Positions 46,343 through 58,989 of a DNA stretch of 64,000 nucleotides are shown here, piece by piece. The DNA is taken from assembly GCF_018350175.1 (NCBI RefSeq), contig NC_058368.1, forward strand, positions 55,430,001 through 55,494,000. The letters run 5' to 3'. This DNA is from Felis catus. Its lineage: Eukaryota. Every line of letters starts with the position of its first letter. Position 1 is the stretch's first letter. Under the pieces are notes generated by a model. The model made no database searches. It saw nothing but the letters and a program-made list of their open reading frames with translations, and had not been told where the DNA came from. The translations under genes were made by a program, and so were the position numbers.

Positions 46343-48611
46343 TCCTCACTTCCACCTCCAAAATGTCTTTAAATTTTAGGCTTAGAAAGGAGAAAAGTTA
46401 TAGCCTGATTTTTCTCTAAATCAGCTAATTCAATTTTGAGGTTTAACTGTCTCCCATATCCTTAATCTGATCTTTGCCCTCAGGCACTTGAATCCTATAG
46501 GAATTTTTGAAATAAATGGGAAGGCTACACTCTTATTTTTATCTTTTCTAAAATGCTGAGTTTTGATAGGGTCTTGCCTCTTAAAACCTTTATCAATTAT
46601 CTCCTACAGTTTGAGCCTCATAACATCAAGGTCCAGAGTTCCAGAATGTTTTTACTTCATTTCATTTTTTGCTCTCAGCAATCAAAATTCTTTACTTATC
46701 TCTTTCTGGTAATACCTGATAAAATTCAGTCAATAACAATCAAAAACACTAATGTTCTGTTTTTGAACTCTTCCCCTAGAGCTACAAAGTAATTGGGCAT
46801 GCAATAAGCCTCACAAGATTTTCAGAAATATGGTGTTACCAAATATTCTGCTACTGCTTAAAAGTGACATTTTTCCAGCCTCTGCAAATTGTTTCCTCCA
46901 CTTCCAACTGATAAGCTTATGTCACACATTTTAGATTTGTTGAGATGGCACTCTACTCCTGAATCCAATGTCTGTATTAGTCAGGCAATCCCAGATCATG
47001 CTGCAGAATCAAATAACCCCAAATATTAGTGGTTTAAAATAAATACATATTTTGCTCATTCTCCATGTCCAACTCAAGTCAGTGGTTGAGCTGTGATCTA
47101 CGTGGTTACTCAAAGTTCAAGACTATAGAAGCTCTACTAGAGCTAGTTTAGCACCAAAGTATATTTGATTCAGCAATTTAATGATGCTCTTTATTTTATA
47201 GCATCATCATCTTAAGGCTTGTTCTTCTTCACAAGACAACTAAAATCACCCTACGTGTTCATGAGCCAGTGTCATGGAAAGGCAAAGGATGGCTTCCATA
47301 TTATCCCAAACATACAATATGAAGTAATAATAATACACACACATCATTTATTCAATACATGCCAAACCATCTTCTCTTAATTTCCTAACTCTCTGTTTTA
47401 GCTACTTTTTATAAAATTGTACTTATCAATAATTTATATTCTATACTTGTTTCAAAAAATTGAAATACACTTTGTTTACTTCTTTCAATCCACAGATTGC
47501 AGAGTAATTTTTTCAAATAAAGTACAAAATAAGGGCATATTTTTCCAATTCTATAAATTCTCCATTTGTTTAAATAACACTTATCTTTTAGTTTTCTTTG
47601 ATGTCATTTTGTGAAATCTCCATAAATTTACTATCATCAATCTAATGCAGTATTTATCAGTTTCAACCTCTTCTTTGTGAAAAATTTACTATATCTAAGT
47701 AAGGGCCTGCTAAATAAAATCTATCATTTTTGTTTGTATACAAAAATCTTTATTTTACTATATTCTTAAAGATTAGCATAAGTGAATTTATAATACTAGG
47801 TTGATCCCAAAATAATAGGTTGATCTCTATTTTCTCTAGTTGTTGTTGAGAATTCTACTTTGTATTTGGTGTTATCAAATATGGTACCTCTATGTGTGGA
47901 TCTAGTAATACTGGTGTTCTTGGACGTGGTAGAAATTCCCTAGTTATTATTTCTTTGAAATTACCTATTCCTAGTGTTAGCATATTTCCTGGCTTTCATA
48001 TGTGCCCAGTATCACATTTGATCTAGCATTTTTCCTAGGTTTTTTTTCTCTGTAATTACTTTATAAATCATATTATTCATAATTTTAAAATGAGACAGTT
48101 TGTTAGACCTCCAATTTGTGCTTCTAGATTTTAACAATGTCTAATTGAGTAGTTTGTGAGATATATAAGCAGTGAATACATTTCCCACATAGGTATGAAG
48201 TTAAATCTGAAAGAACATTACCACTAACTGGCTTCTTTTTTATACCTTTCCATGATGTGAAAAAACTAGCATATCCTTTCAAATAGTGTATGTAGGTTGT
48301 TCTCTGATAAAAAATAAATTCACTGGGTCAGGGAAGGCATAAAATTCATCTTTTCACCACTTTTGATTTCAGGGTGATGAAAAAAATGAGCAATGCCATT
48401 GTCTCTACTGGTCACTTGGTAAAGCTACCAGATTTGACACAGCCATTGTCTGAGCCTTGAGATGTGAGAAACCAAGTAAGGCTGCCAGCTGGAATCAGAA
48501 GTTAAGTATTTTTGCCATAAGTGCAATAAAATAGGAGATGAACATTCTTATAGTACTTCATACAGAGAACAAATAGAATGTCCTATATAAAGACTAGTTT
48601 TATTCCTTCAT

Positions 48612-48670
48612 ACCTTGCTACTAAGTGTGGCCCACGGTTCAGAACATGGGCATCACCTGGAATTTGAAGA
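48612..48670 (+). mobile_element. MER5A1-like hAT fragment
   Basis: ccttgctactaagtgtggcccacgg...gcatcacctgg. Confidence 0.55.
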
Positions 48671-49074
48671 AAAAGAAAGTTACCAGTGATGCATATGCTC
48701 CAGATCTGCAAAACATGATTTGAGTAGCAAAAACTTAGTTTCTGACATAAATCATTCTTTTTATTAAGTAAATATGTACTATTCCATGATTCATAACACT
48801 TATCTTTTGCAATAAACACTTTCAGCAGCAATGGCCTCAAATAAATGAAACACATTTTGATGACAAGACAAGTACTGCATATCATTTTACAAAAAAAGTT
48901 GATTCTGAATTGCTTATTTGTACAAAAGTATCTTAAATTTGTACAAATTTAACATTTACCAGTGAAAGTATAGTGATAACTACAGAAGACACAAATGTGA
49001 TGATGCATTTTCAGTCTTCAAATTTTGATGTTATTTCAGGAAATAGTGCCTCTCACAGATAATTTAAAAAAAAA

Positions 49075-49265
49075 TAATGTTTATTTATTTATTTTGAGAG
49101 AAAGAGAGAGAGCACGAGCAGAGAAAGAGGCAATGAGAAAATCCCAAACAGGCTCTGCACTGCCAGTGCAGATCCCGTTGCAGGGCCTGAACTCACAACC
49201 ACGAGATCATGACCTGAACTGAAACCAAGAGTGGATGCTTAACCCACTGAGCCACCCAGGCTCCC
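49075..49265 (-). mobile_element. Can-SINE
   Basis: SINE body ending gagccacccaggctccc. Confidence 0.9.
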
Positions 49266-49649
49266 TTGCAATGTATTTCTTATCCATGTTTTGGAAGAGT
49301 TTGAGTTTTCTTTTAAATAACCTTTTATTTGTGTGTGTGTGTGTGTGTTTAATACTCTTTACTCTGTTCCAAGTGCCTCTAAAATACATTTGGATTATAT
49401 CTTTGACATTGAGATTGGGTTTCAAACATTTTTTTAAATCAGGTAGCCCCTGTAAACATTCCTACTGGAGTCGTTCTCATCATCCTGCTGTTTTCTAGTG
49501 ATGATGATCTTGACATTTATCATAAAATATTGATGATTAAATCTTAAATCTTTTGTCTCACCACACCTTATTTTTAGTAGTTTTTATGATTATTGCATTT
49601 ATTTCTGCAAGAAAAGTATTATTGAATTATACATTTCTTAGAATTCTCA

Positions 49650-49868
49650 GGGACACCTGGGTGGTTCACTCAGTTAAGCACCTGACTCTTGATTTTGGCT
49701 CAGATCGTGATCTCATGGTTCATGGGATTGAGCCCCATGGGATTGCTGAGAACACTGAGCCTGACTGGGATTCTCTCACCCCCTCTCTGCTCTTACCTTG
49801 CTCACACACATACTATCTCTCTCTCTTTCTCTCTCTCAAAATTAATAAATAAACATATTTAAAAAATA
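49650..49868 (+). mobile_element. Can-SINE
   Basis: gggacacctgggtggttcactcag... with A tail. Confidence 0.9.
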
Positions 49869-50319
49869 ATTCCTGCTTAAGTTTCATTATATGTGTCATA
49901 TTGTTCCCTTCTGTTCAAGTTGGGTCTTCTCTATAGTATAAAACTTAGAACATTGTAACACTCAGTAAATATTTTTAAATGGATAGATCTATAAATGTAT
50001 AAATGAATAAATACAATGGTTGGAGGCTGATGCTTTATTTAACTGGTCTATCAATATTACTGCAGTAAATAAAAAATCTAAATTACTTTTGAACTGTTAA
50101 TTTTCTTATTGATATAATCTAGTCTAGAGCAATTCAAGCATTCATGTATGAAATACGCATTTTAAAATTTCCAATTTCTGTTCTATAACTTTTTGTTTGA
50201 TTGTTGATTGTATGTTTGACCAAGAATAAATCAAAATAGTTTACAATGTTAGTCTTAAGTGTTTCAGCATAGCATACTGTACTCCTATTTGCTTATAATT
50301 TATGTACATTATTAGGAAA

Positions 50320-50565
50320 GTAAGTGCATTCATCAATGTATTCATTAATTCAGATACTCAAAAAAATTCATTATAGGGTATATATATATATAACATCAAA
50401 ACGACTGAAAAGTACTTGCTTACATTTTGAAAGAAAAAATAAAATAATTTCTTGTAGTGATAAGTGCTCAGAAGAACCTAATATAATGTTTTCTAATATA
50501 GGATGATGAAAGCTTAATTTAGGGTAGCCAGGAAAATATTTGTTTTTATTTATTTATTTGTTTGT

Positions 50566-50605
<40 letters not shown>

Positions 50606-51240
50606 AGAGAGAGCACAAGTGGGAAATGGGGCTGAGAGAGAGAGAGAGAGAGAGGAAGAGAGAGAAAGAGAATCTTAAGCCACCTCCATGCTCAGCATAG
50701 AGCCAGACACAGGGCTTGATCCCAAGACCCTGGTATCTCTGCCTGAGTTGAAATCAAAAGCCAGGTGCTCAACTGACTGAGCAAGCCAGGTGTCCCTTAA
50801 AAAAAAAAAAAAGAAAAAATTCTTAAATTATGGGACATTTGAGCTAGATTAAGATACTGAGGAAAAAAATCCAACTATAAATTAAGAACAACACAGAAAG
50901 AATAGCAAAAACAAAATTCTATAATAGACAAAAGAATCATTTCAAATATCTGAAATGCTCGCTGTGGTTTCTTTATAGAGTGAATAAGAGAAAGAGTATA
51001 TGGAGTTGGGAGAAAGGTTAGGATACTATTGCAATTGCCTAGCCTAAAAGAAATGGTGGTTGGCTATTGGTGATGGCTGAATTAATGGAAATACCTAATA
51101 AAATTGGTATATATTTCAATAACATATCAATCAGGATCAGTTGTAAGATTAATCGAGTTGGGGAAGAAATGAAGTTTAGGAATCAAGTATGACTTCAAGA
51201 TTTTTAACGTGAGCAATTGATGTATATTAGACAGGACTCC
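50320..51240 (-). mobile_element. LINE-2 fragment, interrupted by a SINE
   Basis: cattcatcaatgtattcatt terminus; gacattttgagctag; ctattgcaatt...aaatggtggttggct; gaatcaagtatgacttcaagattttt. Confidence 0.6.
50540..50796 (-). mobile_element. Can-SINE with (TTTA)n tail
   Basis: SINE body with (ttta)n tail. Confidence 0.9.
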
Positions 51241-51414
51241 ATTGGCAAGACTTCTTCTTTCTCTTCTTTGTTAACTTTTCCTTCCTTTTTTCACTATTAA
51301 TATGTGGGAGCTAAGAAATGGTGAGTCTATGCTCAATGGAGAGCAAAATTGTAAGTTTCCATAGTGCTACATTAAGTATATAAAAGTTATTAGGATCAAG
51401 CTTTTGTGCGGATT

Positions 51415-51462
51415 AGGCTTTGATAGATACAGGCTTTGATAGATACAGGCTTTGATAGATAC
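51415..51462. repeat. Perfect 16-bp x3 tandem repeat (aggctttgatagatac)
   Basis: Units at 51415-51430, 51431-51446 and 51447-51462. Confidence 0.97.
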
Positions 51463-51922
51463 TTTTTTCTTCCTCAAAAAGTCTGGAATGTAAGTTGGTA
51501 AATTTGGTCTAGAAGATAAAATACTTGTTTCATATTTGTAAATATTTCCTTAAAGAATTATTAGTTTGGAACACATAAAAATATATACTGAGAAACTACT
51601 TTTAGCTTGTCACAAATTTACCTCTATTCTTGTAATCAGCTTGTCATATATTAGTATCCACATTCTAAATTTATTGACTTATCATCATGGATTTTCTTTA
51701 TGATCTAGATAAGGAAATAATTTCTTAGACACAAAGATTAGCATTCCTATAATTGTATCTTAATCTAAAAAATGAGGGCTTCAGATACACTGTTAACTAA
51801 GAAATTTAGAAATGCATGGTAATAATAACAGCATATATATATATTCCCCCACACTGAACATATTTCCAGTAATTACATTATTTTCAATAATATAAAATCA
51901 TTAATGTATAAAACCTTCCATG

Positions 51923-52026
51923 TTTTTTTTAAATTTTTTTCTTTTTACTCTACTTAGTTAACATACAGTGTTATATTAGTTTTAGGTGTACAATATAGTA
52001 TTTCAACACTTTCCATACATGAAACA
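51923..52026 (-). mobile_element. Very short 5'-truncated carnivore L1 3' end
   Basis: T tail plus agttaacatacagtgttatattagttttaggtgtacaatatagt, homologous to 53322-53365; flanked by catgttt. Confidence 0.75.
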
Positions 52027-53567
52027 CATGTTTCAATTTATTTATTTAGAGAGATCTTCAAGTTTAGCTTCTTAAAAATAACATTTTCCCAATCATAATC
52101 ATATCAAACTTCCCAAAATAAATATTTGATATATTTTAATGGTTTCTTTTGGGATACACTATTTCAATATTACCTACTTTAAGCACTTATAATTATCGAC
52201 TAATTTTCATCCTCAAAAAGCATGCACTGAGAGTTTTTTGTCTGGATATGCTAGTAATATAGTGATATGAACTTAAGAGGAAAAATACCAGAAACATTCA
52301 TGCAATAATTGCTAAGGAAAAACTATTTTTATAAGGTTAACCTTATTTTAATATTGATATTTTAACTCAGAAATCAATACCATTCCCATTGACCTTCTAT
52401 TTTTAATATTGTTGGCCTTGAGATTGATTATATAAAATAAAACCAGAAAAATTAGTGAAGGTAAAAGGCTTAATAGGAAATACATTTTATTCCCATCCTA
52501 TAAGTAACTTTTTGACATCTAAATAAAGTTATATTGTCCATTCTACTCTTTGAAGATAATTTCCCCATGGTTTTATTAAAAAAGAATTAAGACAATGTAA
52601 ATCTAGCACTGATAACTTCATGGTTAAGTACGTGGGTATGAGTAACTTTGGTTGAGTCTATGAAAATTCTTTTAGATACTGCACACATATATACACAGCA
52701 TCACTACCTACAGTCCACAAACTAAAAAATAAAAAATAAAACAACCAGAAACCAGTGAAGTGGAAAAGGTAATGAGACTACTACAATTGATTTCAGGAGG
52801 GAATTACATGAACATTTGTTTCTAATCCTTTTGTATACAATCCAATAATAAATTCCAATATCAGATTTAGGTTAATCTATCAGTATCTTTTTCTTTGAAG
52901 AGCTCTTTAAATTTTGTCTTGGATTATATGTACTATTAAACTTTTTAAAAGCATACGGGACATTTTTTAAAAATGTTGTTATAATTCTCTTTATGAGAAA
53001 GTGTATATTTCATCCACACTTCCACATTTATTAGAAAAGCATGGAAGTATTTATAATTTTTGAAATTGTTATTCTGTTTTTATATTCAGCTTCCCACTTC
53101 TAATATGCAAATGTGACTTTTTCCTGATATTGATTTTCTTTATTAAATTTTCTAACAGTTCATTAACTCTGCCTTCAAAAAAAGCCATTACGGTTTACAT
53201 TATCAATTATAATTTCTTAGGCCCATTTCCTTACCTTGTTAATTACCTTTCCTCAGATCTTGAATTAATAGTTAATTTATTTATTTTTTTTGTAGTTTCA
53301 AGTTTTCACTTAAATTTCAGTTAGTTAACACAGTGTAATATTAGTTTCAGGTGTAAAATTTAGTGATTCATCACTTACATACAACACCCTGTGTTTATCA
53401 CAAGTGCACTCCTTAATACCCATCACCCATTTAACTCATCCCTCTACCCATCTCCCCCCCCCCCCACAGCAACCCTCAGTTTGTTCTCTATGGTTAATAG
53501 TCTGTTTTATGGTTTGCCTCTCTCTCTCTCTCTCTCCCCCTTCCCCCATTCATCTGTTTTGTTTCTT

Positions 53568-53803
53568 TTTTTTTTTATTTAACGTGTGATTTTTTATTTA
53601 TTTTTTTGAAGTTTATTTATTTTGAGAGAGAGAGAGAGCACACAAGCAGGGGAGGGACAGAGAGAGAGAGAAAGAATCCCAAGCAGGCTCTGCACTGTCA
53701 GCACAGAGCCTGACTGGGGGCCCAAACTCATGAACCATGAGATCATGACCTAAGCTAAAATCAAGAGTTGGATGCTCAACTGACTGAGCTACCCAGACAC
53801 TCA
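53568..53803 (-). mobile_element. Can-SINE in L1 3'UTR
   Basis: Perfect TSD catctgttttgtttctt at 53551-53567 and 53804-53820. Confidence 0.95.
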
Positions 53804-53961
53804 CATCTGTTTTGTTTCTTAAATTCCATATATAAGTGAAATAATATGGTATTTGTCTTTCTTTGACTGAATTATTTAGTTTGGCATAATAATCTCTAGC
53901 TCCATCCATGTTGTTGTGAATGGCAAGATTACATTATTTTTTATGGCTGCATAATATTCCA

Positions 53962-53987
53962 GTGTGTGTGTGCGTGCGTGTGTGTGC

Positions 53988-54072
<85 letters not shown>

Positions 54073-54084
54073 TGTATATATATA
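53962..54084. repeat. Compound (TG)n(TA)n microsatellite grown inside L1 ORF2
   Basis: Expanded from the L1 tgtgtatata seed. Confidence 0.92.
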
Positions 54085-56351
54085 CCCTATATATAGGGTA
54101 GTTCTATTTTTAACTTTTTGAGAAACCTCCATACTGTTTTCCAGAATGGCTGTCCTAGCATGCATTCCCACCAATAGTGTAAGAGGACTCCCTTTCTCTG
54201 CCTCCTCACCAACATCTGTTGTTTCCTGTGTTGTTAATTTTAGCCATTCTGACAGGTATGAATGAGGTGGTATCTCATCGTGGTTTTGATTTTGTTTCCC
54301 TGATGATGAGTGATATTGAACATCTTTCATGTGTCTGTTAGCCATCTGTACATTCTCTTTGGAAATGTGTCTATCCATGTCTTCTGCCCATTTTTAAACT
54401 GGGTTATTTGTTTTTTGGGTGTTGTGTTTGATAAGTTCTTTATAGATTTTGGATACTAACACTTTATCAAATATGTCATTTGCAAATATCTTCTTCCATT
54501 CCAAGGTTGCCTTTTAGTTTTATTTGGTTGATTGTTTCCTTTGCTGTGCAGAGGCTATCTTGATGAGGTACAAATAGTTTATTTTTGCATTTGTTTCCCT
54601 TGCCTCAGGAGTTGTATTTAGTAAGAAGTTGCTATGGTAGATGTCAAAGGGGTTCCCACCTGTGTTCTCCTCTAGGGTTTTGATGGTTTCCTATCTTGCA
54701 TTTAGGCCTTTTATCCATTTTTAATTTGTTCTTGGTTATGGTGTAAGAAAGTGGTCCAGTTTCATTCTTTTGCATTTTGCTCTCCAGTTTTCCCAACACC
54801 ATTGGTTGAAGACACTGTCTTTTTTCCATCGGATATTCTTTCCTACTTTGTTGAAGGTTAGTTGGCCATATAGTTGTGGGTCCATTTCTGGGTTTTCTAT
54901 TCTGTTCCATTGGTCTATGAGTCTGTTTTTTTGCCAGCACCACAATCTCTTGATGACTATAGTTTTGTAATATAATTTGAAGTCCAGAATTGCGATGCCT
55001 CTAGCTTTCCTTTTGTTTCTCAAGATTGCTTTAGCTGTTTGTGGTCTTTTTTAGTTCAATATGAATTTTAGGATTGTTTGTAGGGGTTCTATCTCTGTGA
55101 AAAATGCTAGTGGTATTTTGATAGTGATTGTACTAAATGTGTAGATTGCTTTGTATAGTATCGACATTTTAACAATATTTCTTCTTCAAGTTCACGAGCA
55201 TGGAATGTTTTTCCATTTCTTTGTGTCATCTTGAATGTTATTCTAAGTGTTTTACAGTTTTTATAGTATAGATCTTTTATCTCTTTGATAAAAGATTTAT
55301 TCTTTTATTATTCTCAGTTATCCTATGTTTTATTCTCAGTTTATTCTCAGTTATCCTATGTTTTTTGGTGCAGTTGTAAATAGCATCAATTCCTTGGTGT
55401 CTCTTCTGCTTCATTCTTGGTTTACAGAATGCAACAGATTTCTGTAGGTTGATTTTGTATCCTGCAACTTTATTGAATTCATATATGAGGTCTAGCAATT
55501 TTTTGGTAGAGTGTTTTGGGTTTTGTACATAGAGTATCATGTTGCTTGCAATTAGTGAAAGTTTGATTCCTTCCTTGATGATTTGGATGCCTTTTATTTC
55601 TTTTTGTTGTCTAATTGCTGAGGCTAGGACTTCCAGTACTATGTTAAATAATAATGGTGAGAGTGAACATCCCTGTCTTGCTCCCAACCATAGAAGAAAA
55701 GCTCTCAGTTTTTCCCCATTGAGGATGATTTTAGCTGTGGGTCTTTTTATATGGCCTGAATGATGTTGAAGTATGTTTCCTTTATTCTTATTTTGTTGAA
55801 GATTTTTATCAAGAATGGCTGCTGTACTTTGTCAAATGCTTTTTCTGCATCTGTTGGAGGTCATGTGGTACTTATCCTTTCTTCTATTAATGTGGTGTGT
55901 ATCACGTTGATTGATTTGCAAATATTGAACCACGCTTGCAGCCCCAGAACAAATCCCACTTGATCATTGTGAGTGATAGTTTTAATGAACTCTTGGATTC
56001 AATTTGCTAGTATTGCTTGAGACTTTTTGCATGCATGTTCATCAGTGATATTGGCCTATATTTCTCATTTTTAGTAGAGTCTTTGTCTGGTTTTGAAATC
56101 AGGGTGATATTGACCTCATATAATGAGTTTGGAAGTTTTCCTTGCATTTATGTTTTGTGGATAGTTTGAGAAGAATAGTTATTAAATCTTCCTCAAATGT
56201 TTGGTAGAAATCCAGTGTGTCATTCAAAACCATTATTTCCTTGTTGATTTTCTGCTGAGATGATCTGTCCATTGTTGTAAATGGGATGTTAAAGTCCCTT
56301 ACTATTATTATATTATTATCAATGAGGTTTTTTTATGGTTGTTATTATTAA

Positions 56352-56576
56352 CTTTTTTCGTTTATTTATTTATTTTGAGAGGGACAGGGACGTAAAAGTA
56401 CAGGAAGGTAGAGAGAGAGGGAGTGAGAGAAAGAGAGAGAGAGAGAAAGAGAGAGAGAGAATCCCAGGCAGGCTCCACACTGCCAGTTCAGAGCTGGATG
56501 CTGGGCTCAAAACTGCAAACTGTGAGGTCATGAACCAAGAGTCAGACGCTTAACTGACTGAACCACCCAAGCACCC
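56352..56576 (-). mobile_element. Can-SINE in L1 EN region
   Basis: SINE body; flanking ttgttatta. Confidence 0.9.
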
Positions 56577-56747
56577 TACTTATATTTGTTATTAGCTGTT
56601 TTTATGTATTTGCCTTCCTCCAAGTTGGGGGAATAAATATTTACAATTGTGATCTTCTTGTTGGATAGGCCTCTTTATTATGATACAGTAGTCTTCTTCA
56701 TCTCTGTTACATACAGAGATGTCTTTGGTTTAAAATCTAGTTTTTCT

Positions 56748-56962
56748 GGGGCGCCTGGGTGGCTCAGTAGGTTAAGCGTCCGACTTCAGCCAGGTCACGA
56801 TCTCGCGGTCCCTGAGTTTGAGCCCCGCGTCAGGCTCTGGGCTGATGGCTCAGAGCCTGGAGCCTGTTTCCGATTCTGTGTCTCCCTCTCTCTCTGCCCC
56901 TCCCCCGTTCATGCTCTGTCTCTCTCTGTCCCAAAAAAAAAAAAAAAACGTTGAAAAAAAAA
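56748..56962 (+). mobile_element. Young feline Can-SINE in L1 EN region
   Basis: TSD taaaatctagtttttct at 56731-56747 and 56963-56979. Confidence 0.97.
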
Positions 56963-57139
56963 TAAAATCTAGTTTTTCTGATATAAGTATGGCTACTCCA
57001 GCTTTCTTCTGAATGTTAATGATAAATGTTTCTCTATCCCTTCATTTTCAAGCTTCAGGTTTTTTAGGTCTAAAATGAGTCCCCTATAGGCAACACATAG
57101 ATGGGTCTTCTTTATTTTATCCATTCTGACACCCTATGT

Positions 57140-57363
57140 TGTTTTTTTTTTAATTTTTTTTTGTTTATTTATTTTTGAGAGAGAGAGAGGCAGATTGCAA
57201 CTAGGGGGAGGGTCAGAGAGATAGGGACGCACAGAATTGGAAGTAGGCTCCAGGCTCTGAGCTGTCAGCACAGAGCCCGATAGGGAGCTCAAACCCATGA
57301 ACTGTGAGATCATGATCTGAGCTGAAGTCAGTCGCTTAACCAGCTGAGCCATCCAGGTGTCCC
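57140..57363 (-). mobile_element. Can-SINE in L1 ORF2 5' end
   Basis: Flanking ccctatgt repeat. Confidence 0.92.
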
Positions 57364-58432
57364 AGTGCCCTATGTCTTTTGATTAAAGATGTATTTCATT
57401 TACAGTCAGAATAATTATTGATAGATAAGGATTTAATGCTATTTTATTAATTGTTTGAAACGTCGTTGATTCTGGAGATTTTCTGTTTCTTTCTAGTCTT
57501 TGTCGCTTTGGGTCTTTCTTTCCCATTTAAAGAGTCCCCTTTAAATATTTCTTGCAAGGCTGTTTTAGTGGTCACAAACCCCTTTAGTTTTTGTTTGTCT
57601 GGGAAACTCTATATCTCCTTTTATTCTGAATTATAACCTTGCTGTATGGAGTATTCTTGGCTGCACATTTTTCCCATTCAGCACATTGTATCATGCGACT
57701 TCCTTCTGGCCTGCCAAGTTTCTGTGGAGACATCTACTGCTAATCTTGCTGGTTTTCCTTTGTAAATTAGGGACGGCTGTTGTCTTGCTGCTTTTAGGAT
57801 TTTTTCTTTATCTCTATATTTTGGAAATTTACGATATTTCATGTTGGTGGCCTGTTTTTGTTGATTTTGATGGGAGTTCTCTGTGCCTCCTAGATTTGGA
57901 TGTCTGTTTCTTTCCTCAGATTAGGTAAGTTTTCAGCTATAATTTCCTCAAATAAGCCTTCTGTTCCCTTTTCTCTCTCTTTTTCTCCTGAGACTTCTAT
58001 GATACGAATGTTACTATGCTTGATGGAATCATTGAGTTCCCTAAGTCTATTTTTGTGATCCAAAATTTTTCTTTCTCTTTTTTGTTCAGCTTCATTATTT
58101 TCCATAATTTTATATTCTATATTACGTATTTGCTCCTCTGCTTCTTCCATCCTGAGGTCATCATATGCCGTCAGTTATGAACCTCAGTTATTGCATTTTT
58201 CATTTCAGCCTGATTTTTTTGTAGCTCTTTTATGTCTGTGGTAAGGGTTTCCCTGATGTCTTCTATGATTTTCTTAGGCCCGGTGAATATCTTTATGATT
58301 GTTGCTTTAAATTATGAATCAGGCATATTACTTATATCTGTTTCAATTAAATCCCTGGCTATAAACTTTTCATGTTCTTTCTTTTGGATGAATTACTCTG
58401 TCTTGACATTTTGTCTAAATCTCTGTCTTCTC

Positions 58433-58653
58433 GGGGCACCTGGGTGGCGCAGTCGGTTAAGCGTCTGACTTCAGCCAGGTCACGATCTCGCGGTCCGTGA
58501 GTTCGAGCCCCGCGTCGGGCTCTGGGCTGATGGCTCAGAGCCTGGAGCCTGTTTCCGTATCTGTGTCTCCCTCTCTCTCTGCCCCTCCCCCGTTCATGCT
58601 CTGTCTCTCTCTGTCCCAAAAATAAATAAATGTTGAAAAAAAAATTTAAAAAA
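58433..58653 (+). mobile_element. Young feline Can-SINE just upstream of the L1 ORF1 ATG
   Basis: TSD taaatctctgtcttctc at 58416-58432 and 58654-58670. Confidence 0.97.
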
Positions 58654-58989
58654 TAAATCTCTGTCTTCTCTGTGTTAGGAAGGCCTGTTATGTTTCCTTC
58701 TCCTGACTGTAGTGGCTTTATGAAAAAGAGGTTATATAATGGCCAGAGCCTGGCATTATAGGAAGTGTCTCTGGTGTGTGTTGTGCCCACTCTGCTGCTG
58801 TATTTCAGTCACTCTCTCTCTCAGGTCAGTCATCTGCAAAGTTCTTTTTTTCTGAAGTGGGGAATGTTTGGACTTGGTGAATTTTAACTAGGTATGCTCT
58901 GGGGTACTTGGTAAAGGAGACCTGATGCTATTTCCACAAGAACTGAAGTTTTGCAGAACTCTATGGGCAATAAGACATGGTGTATGCAG

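Larger units (their letters stand above)
44990..47300 (-). mobile_element. Ancient MaLR (MLT1) provirus: LTR-internal-LTR
   Basis: Two similar LTR ends: ccaagttatgctgtggaaaactcatccccaaaccctcagtgg at ~45011 and ccagatcatgctgcagaatcaaataaccccaaatattagtgg at ~46991. MLT1-int-like sequence abuts 46973. Outer boundaries approximate. Confidence 0.6.

Noticed and set aside
48373..48475. Possible + strand exon (tttcag|...|gtaagg)
   Set aside because: Stops in all three frames; a non-coding exon cannot be supported without RNA data.
56205..56220. Spliced L1 integrant
   Set aside because: The missing segment lacks GT...AG ends; a 3-nt microhomology explains the junction.
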